Shown: piece by piece, positions 33,064 through 42,801 of the stretch
How positions within the stretch are numbered: position 1 is the first letter of the stretch
Layout: each line of letters begins with the position of its first letter
Source of the DNA: a virus
DNA length: 50,683 nucleotides
Reading direction: 5' to 3' (one strand)
Virus record (IMG/VR): IMGVR_UViG_3300047160_007712
Coordinates: 1-50,683 of that record
Position numbers and translations under genes: made by a program
Notes under the pieces: model-generated
The model's input: only the letters and a program-made list of their open reading frames with translations
Database searches by the model: none
Told to the model about the DNA's origin: nothing

Positions 33064-35698
33064 CGTGCTTTACCTCGGTTTTGAGTTCTTGGACGGATTT
33101 GATCAACAGGGCGATTAGGGGCAGAGGTTCAAGCGATTGCGGCTGTGGATCACCGTCGGTGGTTAAGGCCCCAAGCTCGCCCTCAACCGCCTCGGGAAGA
33201 ATTGGCTGCACCTCGGTGGTTAGCAGGCCACTATGGCGCTTGAAGTCATCGCGGTAAATTCCTACATCGGCCCAATTGAAGGTTACGGGCCGGAGCTTCA
33301 TCAACTTGTCCAGCGCCCCATCGGCCATAGGCTCGATGTTGTGTTTGACCCGTGGGTCGGAGGTGAGGGAGATTGAGCCCTCGTTGGTTGAGTCGATCCA
33401 GAGTTGAGCAGCCGAACCGGTCCAGAAGATGTTGAAGTGGTTCGCGCCGTATGAGCCCGTCGCGCCGTTGCGAGATGTCCAACCCTGAGCCGCGGCGAAA
33501 CCATTGTAGCCGACGCAGAACAGACATGGAACAGTGTCGGAAGTACTGCCGTAGAACAGGAAGCTGGCGGTGCCGTTGGTCAGTGCGGACTGAAATGCGT
33601 GGAAGCCGTAGTTGAACGTCGCGCCGCTGAAGCCGGTTATGCCAATGGCGGCGGTCGAGCTGGTCGAACCCATCGCCGCGATCCAAAGGCCGACTTTGAA
33701 GTTGGTGGTTAGGTTCGGGACATAGGAGCCGTTGTTTTGGACATCGATCTCATCGCCGATCAACTGCCCATCGCCGCCCGAGACGATGTGCGCGACATCA
33801 ATCCCGCCCCAGATTTCGCAGTTCGAACACGACGAGGCGATGTCGCCCTCACGGCGCAGGCCAGTTGAGCCACCGCCGTTGGTTTGATAAAGGACGTTGT
33901 GGAACCACCCGCAGTCAAATTCCTGGGCCTCTAGCGCGGTGGTTTCGTTGTCGCAGCCGTAGAATAGTCCCTGCTGTGGGCCAGAGTTGTTGTTAAGCCT
34001 CACGGCGAAGCGGTTGTAGGAGTTGTTGAAGCCCCCAGCCCATGGCGGGTCTGAACCACCGGGCGCGGTGTTGGGGGAGTTGAAGTTGAAATCTGTCACG
34101 GCGTTGTTGCTGATCACGCCAGTGGCGTTGATCATCGTGGTGTATTTGAGTCGGCCGGATGAACACCCAAGCCCCGAGTCGATGATGCCGGAAGACCACG
34201 TGACACAATCGTTGGCGGTTGGGACCGTGGCGATGGTAGCAAGGCCCGAAGCGGCGTTGGTTGAATTGCCAAGCGCGGTGAGGACGCCTGTGCCAGCAGC
34301 GGTGCCAGACACGGCGGTGCCAGTTGAGGCGTAGTAAGCCAATTGGCCCGACGTGCCGGAGTTGACTGTGCCGGAGCCTGAGCCTGAGCAACTGGCCCAA
34401 GCCATGGCCGTCACGCCGGCGTTGGTGATTAGACATTGGTTCGCGGTGCCGAGGGCGGTTAGGCCTGTGCCACCATAGGCAAAGCCGATTGCGGTGCCTT
34501 GCCAAGTGCCGGTGGCGATGGTGCCGATGGAGGTCAGGGATGAGAGGGTTGTCACGGCGGAGGTTGCAAAGCCGCCAGAGCCGTTTGCCGCAATGCCAAG
34601 CGCCGTGATCACGCCCGCGCCAACGGTCAGGCCCGAGACGGTGGTGCCAGTGGCGGCATATTGGGCGAGCTGGCCAGAAGTACCGGAGGAGACGGTCCCC
34701 GAACCGCCAGAGGTGGTGCATGAACCGCCAGCATCAGCGATGGTGCCGCCAGTGCCAACGTTCAAGCAATGGCCGGTGGTTAGGGTGCCAGTGACCGCGG
34801 CATATCCGCCCGCCGTGCCATTAGCAATTGCAAGAGATGCAAGAACACCTGTCCCAGCGCCGGAGAGATGGGCGATGGTATAGCCCGTGGCGTTGGTGAG
34901 TGTGCCAGATGCGGGCGTGCCGAGGGCCGGGGTCACCAAGGTTGGGGAGGTTGCGAGGACAACTGATCCGGTCCCAGTCACGGCCTTCTCACCGAGAACA
35001 TTAGCGTTGTTGTATTCAATATTCCCGCTCGTGCCGCCCGAGATCGCGGTTGTGCCGACGATCATGTTGTTACTCGCCGCGCATGTGGCCCATATCATCG
35101 CGGTGGCGGAATTGTTGGTTGTGAGGCATTGATTGGACGTGCCGAGGGCCAAAAGGCCGGTGCCACCAGCGGTGAATGGGACCACAGCCTCGCCGCTAAC
35201 GGTGGTGCCGGTCGAGGCGTAGTAGGCGATCTGGCCGATGGTGCCGGACGAGACGGTTCCACTTCCGCTGCCGGTAGCGCATGCAGCCCACATCATGGCA
35301 GTCGCGCCGGAGTTGGTGACTAGGCATTGGCCGGATGTGCCTAGGGTGGTGAGGCCCGTACCGCCTTGGGTAAAGCCGACGGGGACTGTTGGGAAACCGC
35401 CGGTGGAGTTGGCGGCGATGCCTAGGGCGGTGAGAACGCCAGTGCCAGCATTGGTGCCACTGACAGCCGCGCCGGTTGTGGCGTAGTAGGTCAACTGCCC
35501 ACCGGTGCCGGAATTGACAGTGCCAGAGCCCCCACCACCGCCGCCATGGGCTTGAACCCATGCGGTCGAGGCGCAGGCGTTGGAGTTGTCGCCCGCGGGC
35601 CGGGTCGGGCAGAAGACCGGGGCCTGGGCGTGGGCCTGGGACGCACCGAGGGCGATGAAAGTGGCGAGGAGAAGCCTTTTGAACATCGGGATCCTCAT
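32948..35698 (-). CDS. Tail fibre with a C-terminal S74 intramolecular-chaperone domain (916 aa)
   Basis: SDPRVKHNIEPMADGALDKLMKLRPVTFNW (residue 780 onward, about 33061-33361) is the endosialidase-chaperone signature. GSGTVxSGTxGQLxYYAxTG repeats are present. The N-terminus MFKRLLLATFIALGASQAHA/QA looks like a signal peptide. Confidence 0.8.
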   Translation of the reverse strand: MRIPMFKRLLLATFIALGASQAHAQAPVFCPTRPAGDNSNACASTAWVQAHGGGGGGSGTVNSGTGGQLTYYATTGAAVSGTNAGTGVLTALGIAANSTGGFPTVPVGFTQGGTGLTTLGTSGQCLVTNSGATAMMWAACATGSGSGTVSSGTIGQIAYYASTGTTVSGEAVVPFTAGGTGLLALGTSNQCLTTNNSATAMIWATCAASNNMIVGTTAISGGTSGNIEYNNANVLGEKAVTGTGSVVLATSPTLVTPALGTPASGTLTNATGYTIAHLSGAGTGVLASLAIANGTAGGYAAVTGTLTTGHCLNVGTGGTIADAGGSCTTSGGSGTVSSGTSGQLAQYAATGTTVSGLTVGAGVITALGIAANGSGGFATSAVTTLSSLTSIGTIATGTWQGTAIGFAYGGTGLTALGTANQCLITNAGVTAMAWASCSGSGSGTVNSGTSGQLAYYASTGTAVSGTAAGTGVLTALGNSTNAASGLATIATVPTANDCVTWSSGIIDSGLGCSSGRLKYTTMINATGVISNNAVTDFNFNSPNTAPGGSDPPWAGGFNNSYNRFAVRLNNNSGPQQGLFYGCDNETTALEAQEFDCGWFHNVLYQTNGGGSTGLRREGDIASSCSNCEIWGGIDVAHIVSGGDGQLIGDEIDVQNNGSYVPNLTTNFKVGLWIAAMGSTSSTAAIGITGFSGATFNYGFHAFQSALTNGTASFLFYGSTSDTVPCLFCVGYNGFAAAQGWTSRNGATGSYGANHFNIFWTGSAAQLWIDSTNEGSISLTSDPRVKHNIEPMADGALDKLMKLRPVTFNWADVGIYRDDFKRHSGLLTTEVQPILPEAVEGELGALTTDGDPQPQSLEPLPLIALLIKSVQELKTEVKHDEEIIAAQHVAHPAPSAGPKPKPAPAGPSGGQLRPAPH

Positions 35699-38538
35699 TT
35701 AATCGGGAACGGCCAGATTGGGAACCTCCCACTCGCGCCGGGAAGGCCGCTAAGGACGATCGAGCCAGTCGCGCCGCCGTTTGTCACGGATGTAACCTCG
35801 ATCGGGCCGGTTATGAATGGCCATGGGCTATAGGTGGTGTCAGGCTGTTGGATCGGCGGCCAGAAGAAGATGCCGTTGGTGTAGAAGCTGGCGCCGAGAA
35901 AGTAGTCAGAGAGGGTCGTGGCATCGCCGGTTGGTGACCAGGTTACGTTAGAGACTGTCATGGAGCCGGTTGAGAATGTGCCATAGTAGACTTGATTTCC
36001 CGGCAGCCATTGGTTGGTGTTGATGACGACGAAGCTGCCACCGCCAAGGGTGGTTGCATTGATGGTGTTGGAGGAATAAATGCCGCCAACGAGATACAGG
36101 CCGTTTTGCTGCTGGGTGGTGATGGGGAAATTGCCCGATCCATCCGCCGCGCCGACGGCAATGACAAGGAAGATAATGCCGCTGTTGATGTGGTAGAGCA
36201 ACCACCCCGGCGCGACCTTGGCGTTGCCGAGGGCGGAACCGTAGGTTGAGGACTTTAGTGTGAATGACATGTAATCGCCCGACCATGTGGGGCCGACTGA
36301 CATGTCGTTGGAGACTGAGATCGTCGCCTCACGCGGGACCTGAACAGTCCATGTTTTGCCAAGTGTGTCACGGAACCATTTGCCGGACTGTACCATTGTC
36401 CATGTGTCGAAGATGATTTCATCACTAAGCTGTTGGGTGATTACGGTGTAGGACGGGTCGTTGCCGCTGATGGCGGGGGCGTTAGTGCGGCCATACCAGC
36501 GGGTTTGATCAACTGGCAGGCCGAATGTTGGGTCGTTGGCGTTGAAGCGTGGCGCACCAGCGAGCAGGCCGCCGGTGTAGTTCATGGCTTGTTGCACCCA
36601 CGGCGCGGAGAAGGTGATGGTATCACCCGAACCAACGCCCGGGCTGACGACATTGGCGCTGATCGTGACGGTGGTGGCGGTGTAGGACACGACTGTGGTG
36701 TTGGCCGGGATCGAGGCGGAATTCGCGGCGGTGGCGTCGATGACCCGCATGCCGGTGACTACATTAGACGGAACGCCGCCGGAGAAGTTGAGCACCCTGC
36801 TGCCGATTGCTGTCGTGCCGCTGGTTGTGGCGTTGAAGGCCGCCGAGATCTGGTTGGCCATGGTGTAGAAGTTGCAGTTGTCAATTTCCAGCATTGGCGC
36901 GCCGTTGTTGCATTGGACTATCGTCGTCATGCGCGGTACATCACCAATGGCGCAGTTTTTGAATCTGAATGGTATAGTAGCGAAGACGGTGGTGAGGAGA
37001 TATGGTGGGATGAGCCCGCCCGTTGGGTTGAGGTTGAACTTGCAATCTTCGAATGTTATCCCGGAGTTGAAGCCCAATGCGCCGGAGACGTAGCCGAGGA
37101 GCGTTACATCCTCACAGTAGCAACTCCGAAACGAACACGGCCCTGCCTGGCCCATTTGCAGACTGAACCACCGCTGGCAGGATTGGAAGCTGGTCGAGAT
37201 GGCGTTTAGTTGCCAGAGGCCATGGAATTGGCCATAGTTGGTGTTGTCGAGCGCATAGCACAGCGTCCGCATTTGGCAGTTGCGCAGCTCTACCAATCGA
37301 CTGTTTTGTTGGTAGATGCCGATGCCGATTGAGCCAACGTCGATGATGCAGTCGTTAAACTTGGCGAAGTCACCTTGGGAGTTGGCGTTTAGGCCAGCGC
37401 CATAGCCCATTACGAAGCCCGCAATGCGGACTGACTCCATGGTTACGCTGGAGGAAAACAGTGGGTTGTTGTAGGTTGTTATTGTCGGGGCGATTGCCAG
37501 AACCCAAGCGGGGAATGTGATGTTTGGGTACGGGGCCGATGGTGGGCCGCCGCTGTACGGGTCGATCGCCACGCCGACAAGTGGGGTGTTGTTCTGAAGC
37601 CCGCCCGGGGTTGAGCCGGAGGCGTTGAAGTTCGGATCCATCCAGTCGAATTCGTCGTCTGAACGGGCGCCGCTATTGCCTTGGGCGTTTTGGGCGAAAT
37701 TGTACATCGGGCCGAAGAGGGAAATGTTGCGCAGCCCACACATCCGTACGCCTTGGAAGACGATCGCCGGCGCGTTGTTGATCGTTGAGAAAATCTTCGC
37801 GCCGGCTTGGGTAAAGTCTAGGGGAAATCGGTTCGCGCCAACGAGCGAGACCTCATGAAAGGCCTCGCCGTAACCCATGTGGAGGGTGTTGGTGATCTTG
37901 TATGCGCCGGATGGTACATAGACCTCCGGCCAGTTCGATTGCATTGCGGCGTTGATGGCGTTTTGGAACGCGGTTGTGTTGTCGGTGCCGGTGATGTTGG
38001 TGGAATTGCCTGGGTACCAGGCTGAGAGCCAGAGGTTTGGGGCGGTGGCTACTGGGTTGCTAACGGTGATTGAATTGCCCGGGCCGATGCCAGTGATGGT
38101 GGTGTTGAGTGGGACGTTTGTGCCGCCACCTGAGTGCCAGTTGACTAGGGCAATGCTCATGCCGGTGGCGATGAAGCCGTTGTTTTGAGAGATTAGAGTT
38201 ATAGTGGTTGTGCCGTTGGCCGAGACGTTCAGATCGCCGCCGCCGGTGTTGTAAGCGGCATCTGCCACCGCGCCGAACTGTTTGACGTTGAGTTCCAGCG
38301 CGACTTGAAGCCAGGCGGCCGAGCCATTGCCGCCGGTCGGGACAATGATCGAGCCACCATTGTCGACGTAGGTTCCAGCGGGGGCGCCAACAGCGCCGGC
38401 GAACACATTCTGGCCGCCGTCATTGGAGGTGGTGTAACCCGCGGTTTGGGCGATGAAGCCGGTTGATGCAGGCGTGAGGAGACGTAACGCCGCGATGTTT
38501 GAGACAATTTGAGGATAAAAGCCGCCGACGATTGCCAT
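35695..38538 (-). CDS. Tailspike/depolymerase, pectate-lyase-type beta-helix (947 aa)
   Basis: LNVKQFGAVADA... and TDNTTAFQNAINAA...VYVPSGAYKITNTLHM are typical N-terminal motifs of the pectate_lyase_3 / GH28-like fold. Confidence 0.65.
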   Translation of the reverse strand: MAIVGGFYPQIVSNIAALRLLTPASTGFIAQTAGYTTSNDGGQNVFAGAVGAPAGTYVDNGGSIIVPTGGNGSAAWLQVALELNVKQFGAVADAAYNTGGGDLNVSANGTTTITLISQNNGFIATGMSIALVNWHSGGGTNVPLNTTITGIGPGNSITVSNPVATAPNLWLSAWYPGNSTNITGTDNTTAFQNAINAAMQSNWPEVYVPSGAYKITNTLHMGYGEAFHEVSLVGANRFPLDFTQAGAKIFSTINNAPAIVFQGVRMCGLRNISLFGPMYNFAQNAQGNSGARSDDEFDWMDPNFNASGSTPGGLQNNTPLVGVAIDPYSGGPPSAPYPNITFPAWVLAIAPTITTYNNPLFSSSVTMESVRIAGFVMGYGAGLNANSQGDFAKFNDCIIDVGSIGIGIYQQNSRLVELRNCQMRTLCYALDNTNYGQFHGLWQLNAISTSFQSCQRWFSLQMGQAGPCSFRSCYCEDVTLLGYVSGALGFNSGITFEDCKFNLNPTGGLIPPYLLTTVFATIPFRFKNCAIGDVPRMTTIVQCNNGAPMLEIDNCNFYTMANQISAAFNATTSGTTAIGSRVLNFSGGVPSNVVTGMRVIDATAANSASIPANTTVVSYTATTVTISANVVSPGVGSGDTITFSAPWVQQAMNYTGGLLAGAPRFNANDPTFGLPVDQTRWYGRTNAPAISGNDPSYTVITQQLSDEIIFDTWTMVQSGKWFRDTLGKTWTVQVPREATISVSNDMSVGPTWSGDYMSFTLKSSTYGSALGNAKVAPGWLLYHINSGIIFLVIAVGAADGSGNFPITTQQQNGLYLVGGIYSSNTINATTLGGGSFVVINTNQWLPGNQVYYGTFSTGSMTVSNVTWSPTGDATTLSDYFLGASFYTNGIFFWPPIQQPDTTYSPWPFITGPIEVTSVTNGGATGSIVLSGLPGASGRFPIWPFPIK

Positions 38539-38541
38539 TGG

Positions 38542-39183
38542 TCAGAGCCCACAGACGAGTTTGATGACATCAGTGCCGATGCCGTTGACGGTGACGGTGA
38601 CGGAGCCGCCGGATGGTGTGCCCTCAACGGCGTAACTGGTGTTGGCCGGGGTGGTGCGGTCGGCGGTGACACAGTTAGGCTGGGAAGAGCCGGTGTCGGA
38701 GAAGGTTACGTTAGCTGTGCCCGCGGAGAGAGTTACGGAGGTGTTGTAGGATGAGCCAGAGCTGCCACCGCCCATGCCATTGCCACCGGCGGATGAGAGC
38801 CAGGAATTGTAAACGGAGGAGAATTGGAGTTGGAAGCTGGTGTTGGGCGTTGTGCAGGTGGTTGGGTAGCTGCCGATGGTTGAGCCGTCGGTGGTGAGGA
38901 GGTTGAGGGTGGTGATGGCGTAGCGGCAGGTGAGTTGGATGATCTGGCCGTCCCATGGCGGGTTGGGGAGGGTGATGTTCCAAGTCGTGATCGCGCCGAT
39001 GGGATAGAGGTTGAGGTTGGTTGGGTGGTTGAAGCTCGCGGCGACGGTGGTGTTGGTGACGGGGGAGGTAGGGACGACGTTGATCACGCCAGTTGCGTAG
39101 ATCGGCGGATTGATGTAGCCCTGCTGCGCCAGAGCAAGCCCTGGAGCCAACGCCAGTGCCAGTGTGGTTAGCCACTTGATCAC
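38542..39183 (-). CDS. Signal-peptide protein (213 aa), fibre/adaptor-like
   Basis: GTG 39183 overlaps the upstream TGA (GTGA). The N-terminus is (M)IKWLTTLALALAPGLALA/QQ. Contains WNITLPNPPWDGQIIQL. Confidence 0.55.
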   Translation of the reverse strand: MIKWLTTLALALAPGLALAQQGYINPPIYATGVINVVPTSPVTNTTVAASFNHPTNLNLYPIGAITTWNITLPNPPWDGQIIQLTCRYAITTLNLLTTDGSTIGSYPTTCTTPNTSFQLQFSSVYNSWLSSAGGNGMGGGSSGSSYNTSVTLSAGTANVTFSDTGSSQPNCVTADRTTPANTSYAVEGTPSGGSVTVTVNGIGTDVIKLVCGL

Positions 39184-39587
39184 GTGTTTGAGTCCGTGAC
39201 GGTGAGGGTGTTGTTGGTGCCGGTGACCGCAAGCGCTTGCCAAGAGCGCTGACATTCGCCCGTGAAGGTGCGCGAACCACCGTTGGCGTAGATGCGATAC
39301 CCGCCGCCGAGGATGGAGGTGTTTGGGGAGAGGGCTGAGTCGATTAGGCTCACGGTACCGGGTTGGCCGCCGAGGAGGGTTGAGGTTGAAGCCCAAGTGG
39401 GGTTGTTGGCCTGGACGTTACATGGAAAGATGACGATGTCATTCAGGCCCGGGTTGTCGAAGGTGATTGAGGTGCGGTTGGGGTTGTTGGGCGCGACCAC
39501 CTCCGACGTAGTGCCGATGTTGTTGAAAGCATAGACCTTCCCACCGGAGGTCGGGCCGATCGGCACTGCGCTGAAGGCTGAGGGCAC
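39180..39587 (-). CDS. Hypothetical structural protein (135 aa)
   Basis: Track ORF with a GTG start and GGAGG about 9 nt upstream. Confidence 0.55.
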   Translation of the reverse strand: MPSAFSAVPIGPTSGGKVYAFNNIGTTSEVVAPNNPNRTSITFDNPGLNDIVIFPCNVQANNPTWASTSTLLGGQPGTVSLIDSALSPNTSILGGGYRIYANGGSRTFTGECQRSWQALAVTGTNNTLTVTDSNT

Positions 39588-39590
39588 GGC

Positions 39591-40148
39591 TTATAGCCTC
39601 CGAGGTTGTGGCTGGTCGGAGAGGCGTTTCACCAGCTCGGCGTTGCTAGCGATGATCAAGGCCATTTGTTTGACGAGGTCTTCAAGCCCGGGGATGACGA
39701 GTTGCTGTGGCGCATTGGCCTTGTCACGGGTCGCGGCCATCTCCACGTCAAATCGCTCGATGAGGGATTGACTGTGGGAGATTTCGGCGCTTTCAGGTTT
39801 GTATGCCCAGCGATCTCCAAAGGACGCGGAGATTGCCCGGGCTTCATCATCGAGTGGGTCCATGTCGGGGGTTGGATCGCCGCGGAACTCAATGTCCCCG
39901 GGCTTGCCTTTGCCTTCATGGCAGACGACGATGATGCCGTCGACCTCGTCGAATGAGCCGCCGCGAGCAACCGACACGCCATCGGGCTTTGACGTCCAAT
40001 CGGAGGGTTCTTTGACGTCGAGGAGTCGAGGGACCTGCCAGCGCATGCGATCTTCGCGGCCGGTTTTGCGGTTGACTTGTTTGTACTCCCACTCCCAACG
40101 TTCGACGACGTTGAGGTAGTGGTTGCAACGTAGGCGCCATCGGGCCAT
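39591..40148 (-). CDS. Hypothetical protein (185 aa) ending in PQPRRL
   Basis: Start trimmed to ATG 40148, which lies 2 nt after the upstream stop. Confidence 0.55.
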   Translation of the reverse strand: MARWRLRCNHYLNVVERWEWEYKQVNRKTGREDRMRWQVPRLLDVKEPSDWTSKPDGVSVARGGSFDEVDGIIVVCHEGKGKPGDIEFRGDPTPDMDPLDDEARAISASFGDRWAYKPESAEISHSQSLIERFDVEMAATRDKANAPQQLVIPGLEDLVKQMALIIASNAELVKRLSDQPQPRRL

Positions 40149-40149
40149 G

Positions 40150-40770
40150 TCAGTTCTCCGTCCAGATGAAGGTGATGTTGATAGCGCCGGTGGAGATGGT
40201 CTTGCCGTCGAGATTGACGCAGATTTGCTGGACCACTGTCCCGGCCTTGGGGATTTCAAAGGCCTGGGTGATGGGGAGGACATCTTGGGGAGAGGAAACA
40301 AAGGTCGGGACATTGGGAGAGGTGGTGACTTGGAAGGCCTGCGCGAAGGCCGCGAGCAGGGAAGGGGTGGAGTCGGTGACAGTTGGATTGGCGGAATAGG
40401 AGACGAGAGTCGCGGTTGAGGCGGAGTTGAACGGGCTCAATGGCGCGGCGACGGGAAGGGCAAGGCCGGTGTTGGCGGTGCCGCCTGTGTCGAGGGAGTG
40501 GTTGAGGTTGATCATGATCGGGGTCGTGATGGCGGTGCCAGCTGAGCCCGAGACGATGATTTCCTTCAACGAGACATTGCGCGACGTTGAGCCGTTTAGG
40601 CACATTAGGTCTGTGGCCGCTGCGGGCGGGACCATGAGCACGCCCGAGGCCGAGTAGGTTGGTTGGGGGACGTAGCCGGAGATCACGCCGGGTTGTGGCA
40701 CGACGTTGACTTGGGCGAATGCTGGGGCAGTGAGCCCCAGCAACGCGGCGGTGGTGAGGAGCTTGCGCAT
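40150..40770 (-). CDS. Signal-peptide protein (206 aa), function unknown
   Basis: ATG 40770 with AGGAC about 9 nt upstream. The N-terminus is MRKLLTTAALLGLTAPAFA/QV. Confidence 0.6.
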   Translation of the reverse strand: MRKLLTTAALLGLTAPAFAQVNVVPQPGVISGYVPQPTYSASGVLMVPPAAATDLMCLNGSTSRNVSLKEIIVSGSAGTAITTPIMINLNHSLDTGGTANTGLALPVAAPLSPFNSASTATLVSYSANPTVTDSTPSLLAAFAQAFQVTTSPNVPTFVSSPQDVLPITQAFEIPKAGTVVQQICVNLDGKTISTGAINITFIWTEN

Positions 40771-40781
40771 TGAGGATGGTC

Positions 40782-41087
40782 CTATCTGACTTGAAACCAA
40801 GACAAGGTCGGGGCGTTGAAGATGAATTTGACCGATGCCTTGGCGTTGATGGTTTGCGCCGTGAAGGCCGCGCTCATGGTATGCCCACTGCCGGCTTGGA
40901 TTGTTACAAGGCTCCCTAGGGTGGTGTCGGTGTTGACTGTTACTGTATCCCCGTTTGCAGCGGGGGAAGGGAGGGTTATGTTCCAAGCCGTAGGGGCAGT
41001 ACCACTCCATGTGATGACGCCACCTGGGCCGGCGGTGGTGTTCACCGTCCCAGATAGGCCCTTGACGATTGAGTGGGGGTTTGACAT
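40782..41087 (-). CDS. Small structural protein (101 aa) with a WNITLP motif
   Basis: ATG 41087 lies 1 nt after the upstream stop. Begins MSNPHSIVKGLSG and contains TAWNITLPSPAANGDTVTV. Confidence 0.55.
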   Translation of the reverse strand: MSNPHSIVKGLSGTVNTTAGPGGVITWSGTAPTAWNITLPSPAANGDTVTVNTDTTLGSLVTIQAGSGHTMSAAFTAQTINAKASVKFIFNAPTLSWFQVR

Positions 41088-41088
41088 T

Positions 41089-41652
41089 TTAGTTCGCGAC
41101 AACAACGCCGGCCGGGTAGTTGGATTGGAAGCCGGTCGGGCCGATGACTTGTTGGTCGAGGTCGAGGGCAACCCAGCATTCGATCGCGCCGGTGGTGTGA
41201 GTGCCGGACGAGACGAACTGCATGCGGAGGAAGCGGGGCATGACCTGTTCGAAGACCACGCGCGGGACATCGACGTTGGCGAGCTGTGCGCCCTGAATGA
41301 GGGAGGCTTCAACCACAGCCGCGGGCGATTGCCACATGGTGGTCCATGAGGCGGATGGTGCGCCGGAGCCATTGTCCGGGGCGCCTTGGAGGGTTAGGGA
41401 TAGACTGGTGCCGAGGGTGAAGGCGGTGGTGACGATGGCGGAGAGTTTCAGTGCCCGGGCATCGCCAATGCCGATGTCACGCGCGCCACCACCAGCGGCG
41501 GAAGATGGAATGCCGGAGGTAACGCCGAGGTCGATGATGTTGCTGGCGACTTGGGTGCCGGTGGTGGGCGAGTCGGTGTTGGCGCCGGAGGTGATGCCAC
41601 CAGTCGCCCCGTTTGACGTGCCCGTGAAGAGCATAAGGCCGTCGATGAACAT
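41089..41652 (-). CDS. Capsid cement/decoration protein candidate, Bbp16-like (187 aa)
   Basis: ATG 41652 with AAGGAC 7 nt upstream. Begins MFIDGLMLFTGTSNGATGG and contains RFLRMQFVSSGTHTTGAIECWVALD. It sits directly after the MCP gene. Family assignment is from memory. Confidence 0.5.
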   Translation of the reverse strand: MFIDGLMLFTGTSNGATGGITSGANTDSPTTGTQVASNIIDLGVTSGIPSSAAGGGARDIGIGDARALKLSAIVTTAFTLGTSLSLTLQGAPDNGSGAPSASWTTMWQSPAAVVEASLIQGAQLANVDVPRVVFEQVMPRFLRMQFVSSGTHTTGAIECWVALDLDQQVIGPTGFQSNYPAGVVVAN

Positions 41653-41680
41653 GGGTAGGGTCCTTGAGTTTGAGTGAGGA

Positions 41681-42724
41681 TTAAACCACCTGTGCTTCGG
41701 TCGAGGTGATGGCGTCAACCGTCCGGACTGGAACGCCGCGGAAGGTCGTGACGACCATGCCGTTGAATTCCTCGATCCGGAGTAGGACGTTGGTTTTGTT
41801 CATCGCTTGCAGGTCTAGGTAAGTGCGGATGATACGGTTGCAGTAGAAGACCAAGCGGCCTTGGTTAGCCCGGACTTCGGGCGTGTCGGAGGTTTGGACG
41901 GCGGTGGCGTTGGCCGGCGCGGTTGGGAGGCGATAGAGGCCACGGACGAGAAGATTGATCAGGTTTGCGGCCGAAACGCCGGTGAGTTGGGTCACGTCGA
42001 TGTTTGCCACGCGGAAGACATAACGCCAATCGCGGAGGACCAAGCCGATTTCCCATTTGAAGTGATCGCGGTAGGCCTGGTAGGTGTTGGAGGCCGAGTC
42101 AAGCACCGGCCATTCGCCCATGTCACGGTGTTGAAGGCCGGTGATTTTGTTCTTGGGGAATGTGGCGTGGATAGTGTCGTTGCCCCACACCACGCCCCAG
42201 ATGGAGGTGTTGGTGTTGGATGTGCCGCCACCGTTGAGGACGTTGTTCGCGGTTTGAGAGCTGGTGGTTGTGACGGTGGCATAGCGTGTGGCAAGGCCCG
42301 TGAAGCGCTCGGGGTTTACGTGTTGATTACCGTAGATGATGGTTGTCGCGACCTGTTGGGACATGCCCTCGAGGAAGGCTTTGACCTCAGACAGGCGGAA
42401 CTCGGCGGTGTTGCCGTTGAGATCGGCGATGTCCTTGTCGATGACCGCGTAGGTTTCGAGGTTGCCGCATGTGTCGACAAGCTGCGCGGTGGTGGACTTG
42501 GCGTTTGGCACGCCGGTGTTGAGCAAGCGCCAGGTCGCTTGGGGGAGCCCGGTGCGGACCGTGGTTTTGTGCCCGGTTTCTTGGTTGCCCATGACGACGA
42601 GCATGTCGTCGAGGATTTCATTGGTCTGGGAGAGGAGTTCGATAATCGTGGCGACTTTACCTTGATTATCCATTCGCTTCGCCCAGTCCGCGTAGGTGAG
42701 TGCGACTGAACCGATGGTTGCCAT
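41681..42724 (-). CDS. Major capsid protein, HK97 fold (347 aa)
   Basis: LSQTNEILDDMLVVMGNQETGHKTTVRTGLPQATWRLLNTGV...FRLSEVKAFLEGMSQQ...IIYGN matches the BPP-1/epsilon15-type MCP pattern from memory. It follows the scaffold gene. Confidence 0.8.
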   Translation of the reverse strand: MATIGSVALTYADWAKRMDNQGKVATIIELLSQTNEILDDMLVVMGNQETGHKTTVRTGLPQATWRLLNTGVPNAKSTTAQLVDTCGNLETYAVIDKDIADLNGNTAEFRLSEVKAFLEGMSQQVATTIIYGNQHVNPERFTGLATRYATVTTTSSQTANNVLNGGGTSNTNTSIWGVVWGNDTIHATFPKNKITGLQHRDMGEWPVLDSASNTYQAYRDHFKWEIGLVLRDWRYVFRVANIDVTQLTGVSAANLINLLVRGLYRLPTAPANATAVQTSDTPEVRANQGRLVFYCNRIIRTYLDLQAMNKTNVLLRIEEFNGMVVTTFRGVPVRTVDAITSTEAQVV

Positions 42725-42801
42725 TGGGGTTAGGTCCTAGGTTGGGGTTGGTGCATTGAACCAGTCTGAGCGAAGCTGTTCATCCCGCGACGGGGCCTGG
42801 G

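Noticed and set aside
30547-35732. R/H/P-rich alternative-frame ORFs inside the tubular A and fibre genes (30547-31149, 33246-33686, 33993-34721, 35196-35732). The same applies to 46223-47281 inside terL.
   Set aside because: They are off-frame shadows of genes with clear family motifs.
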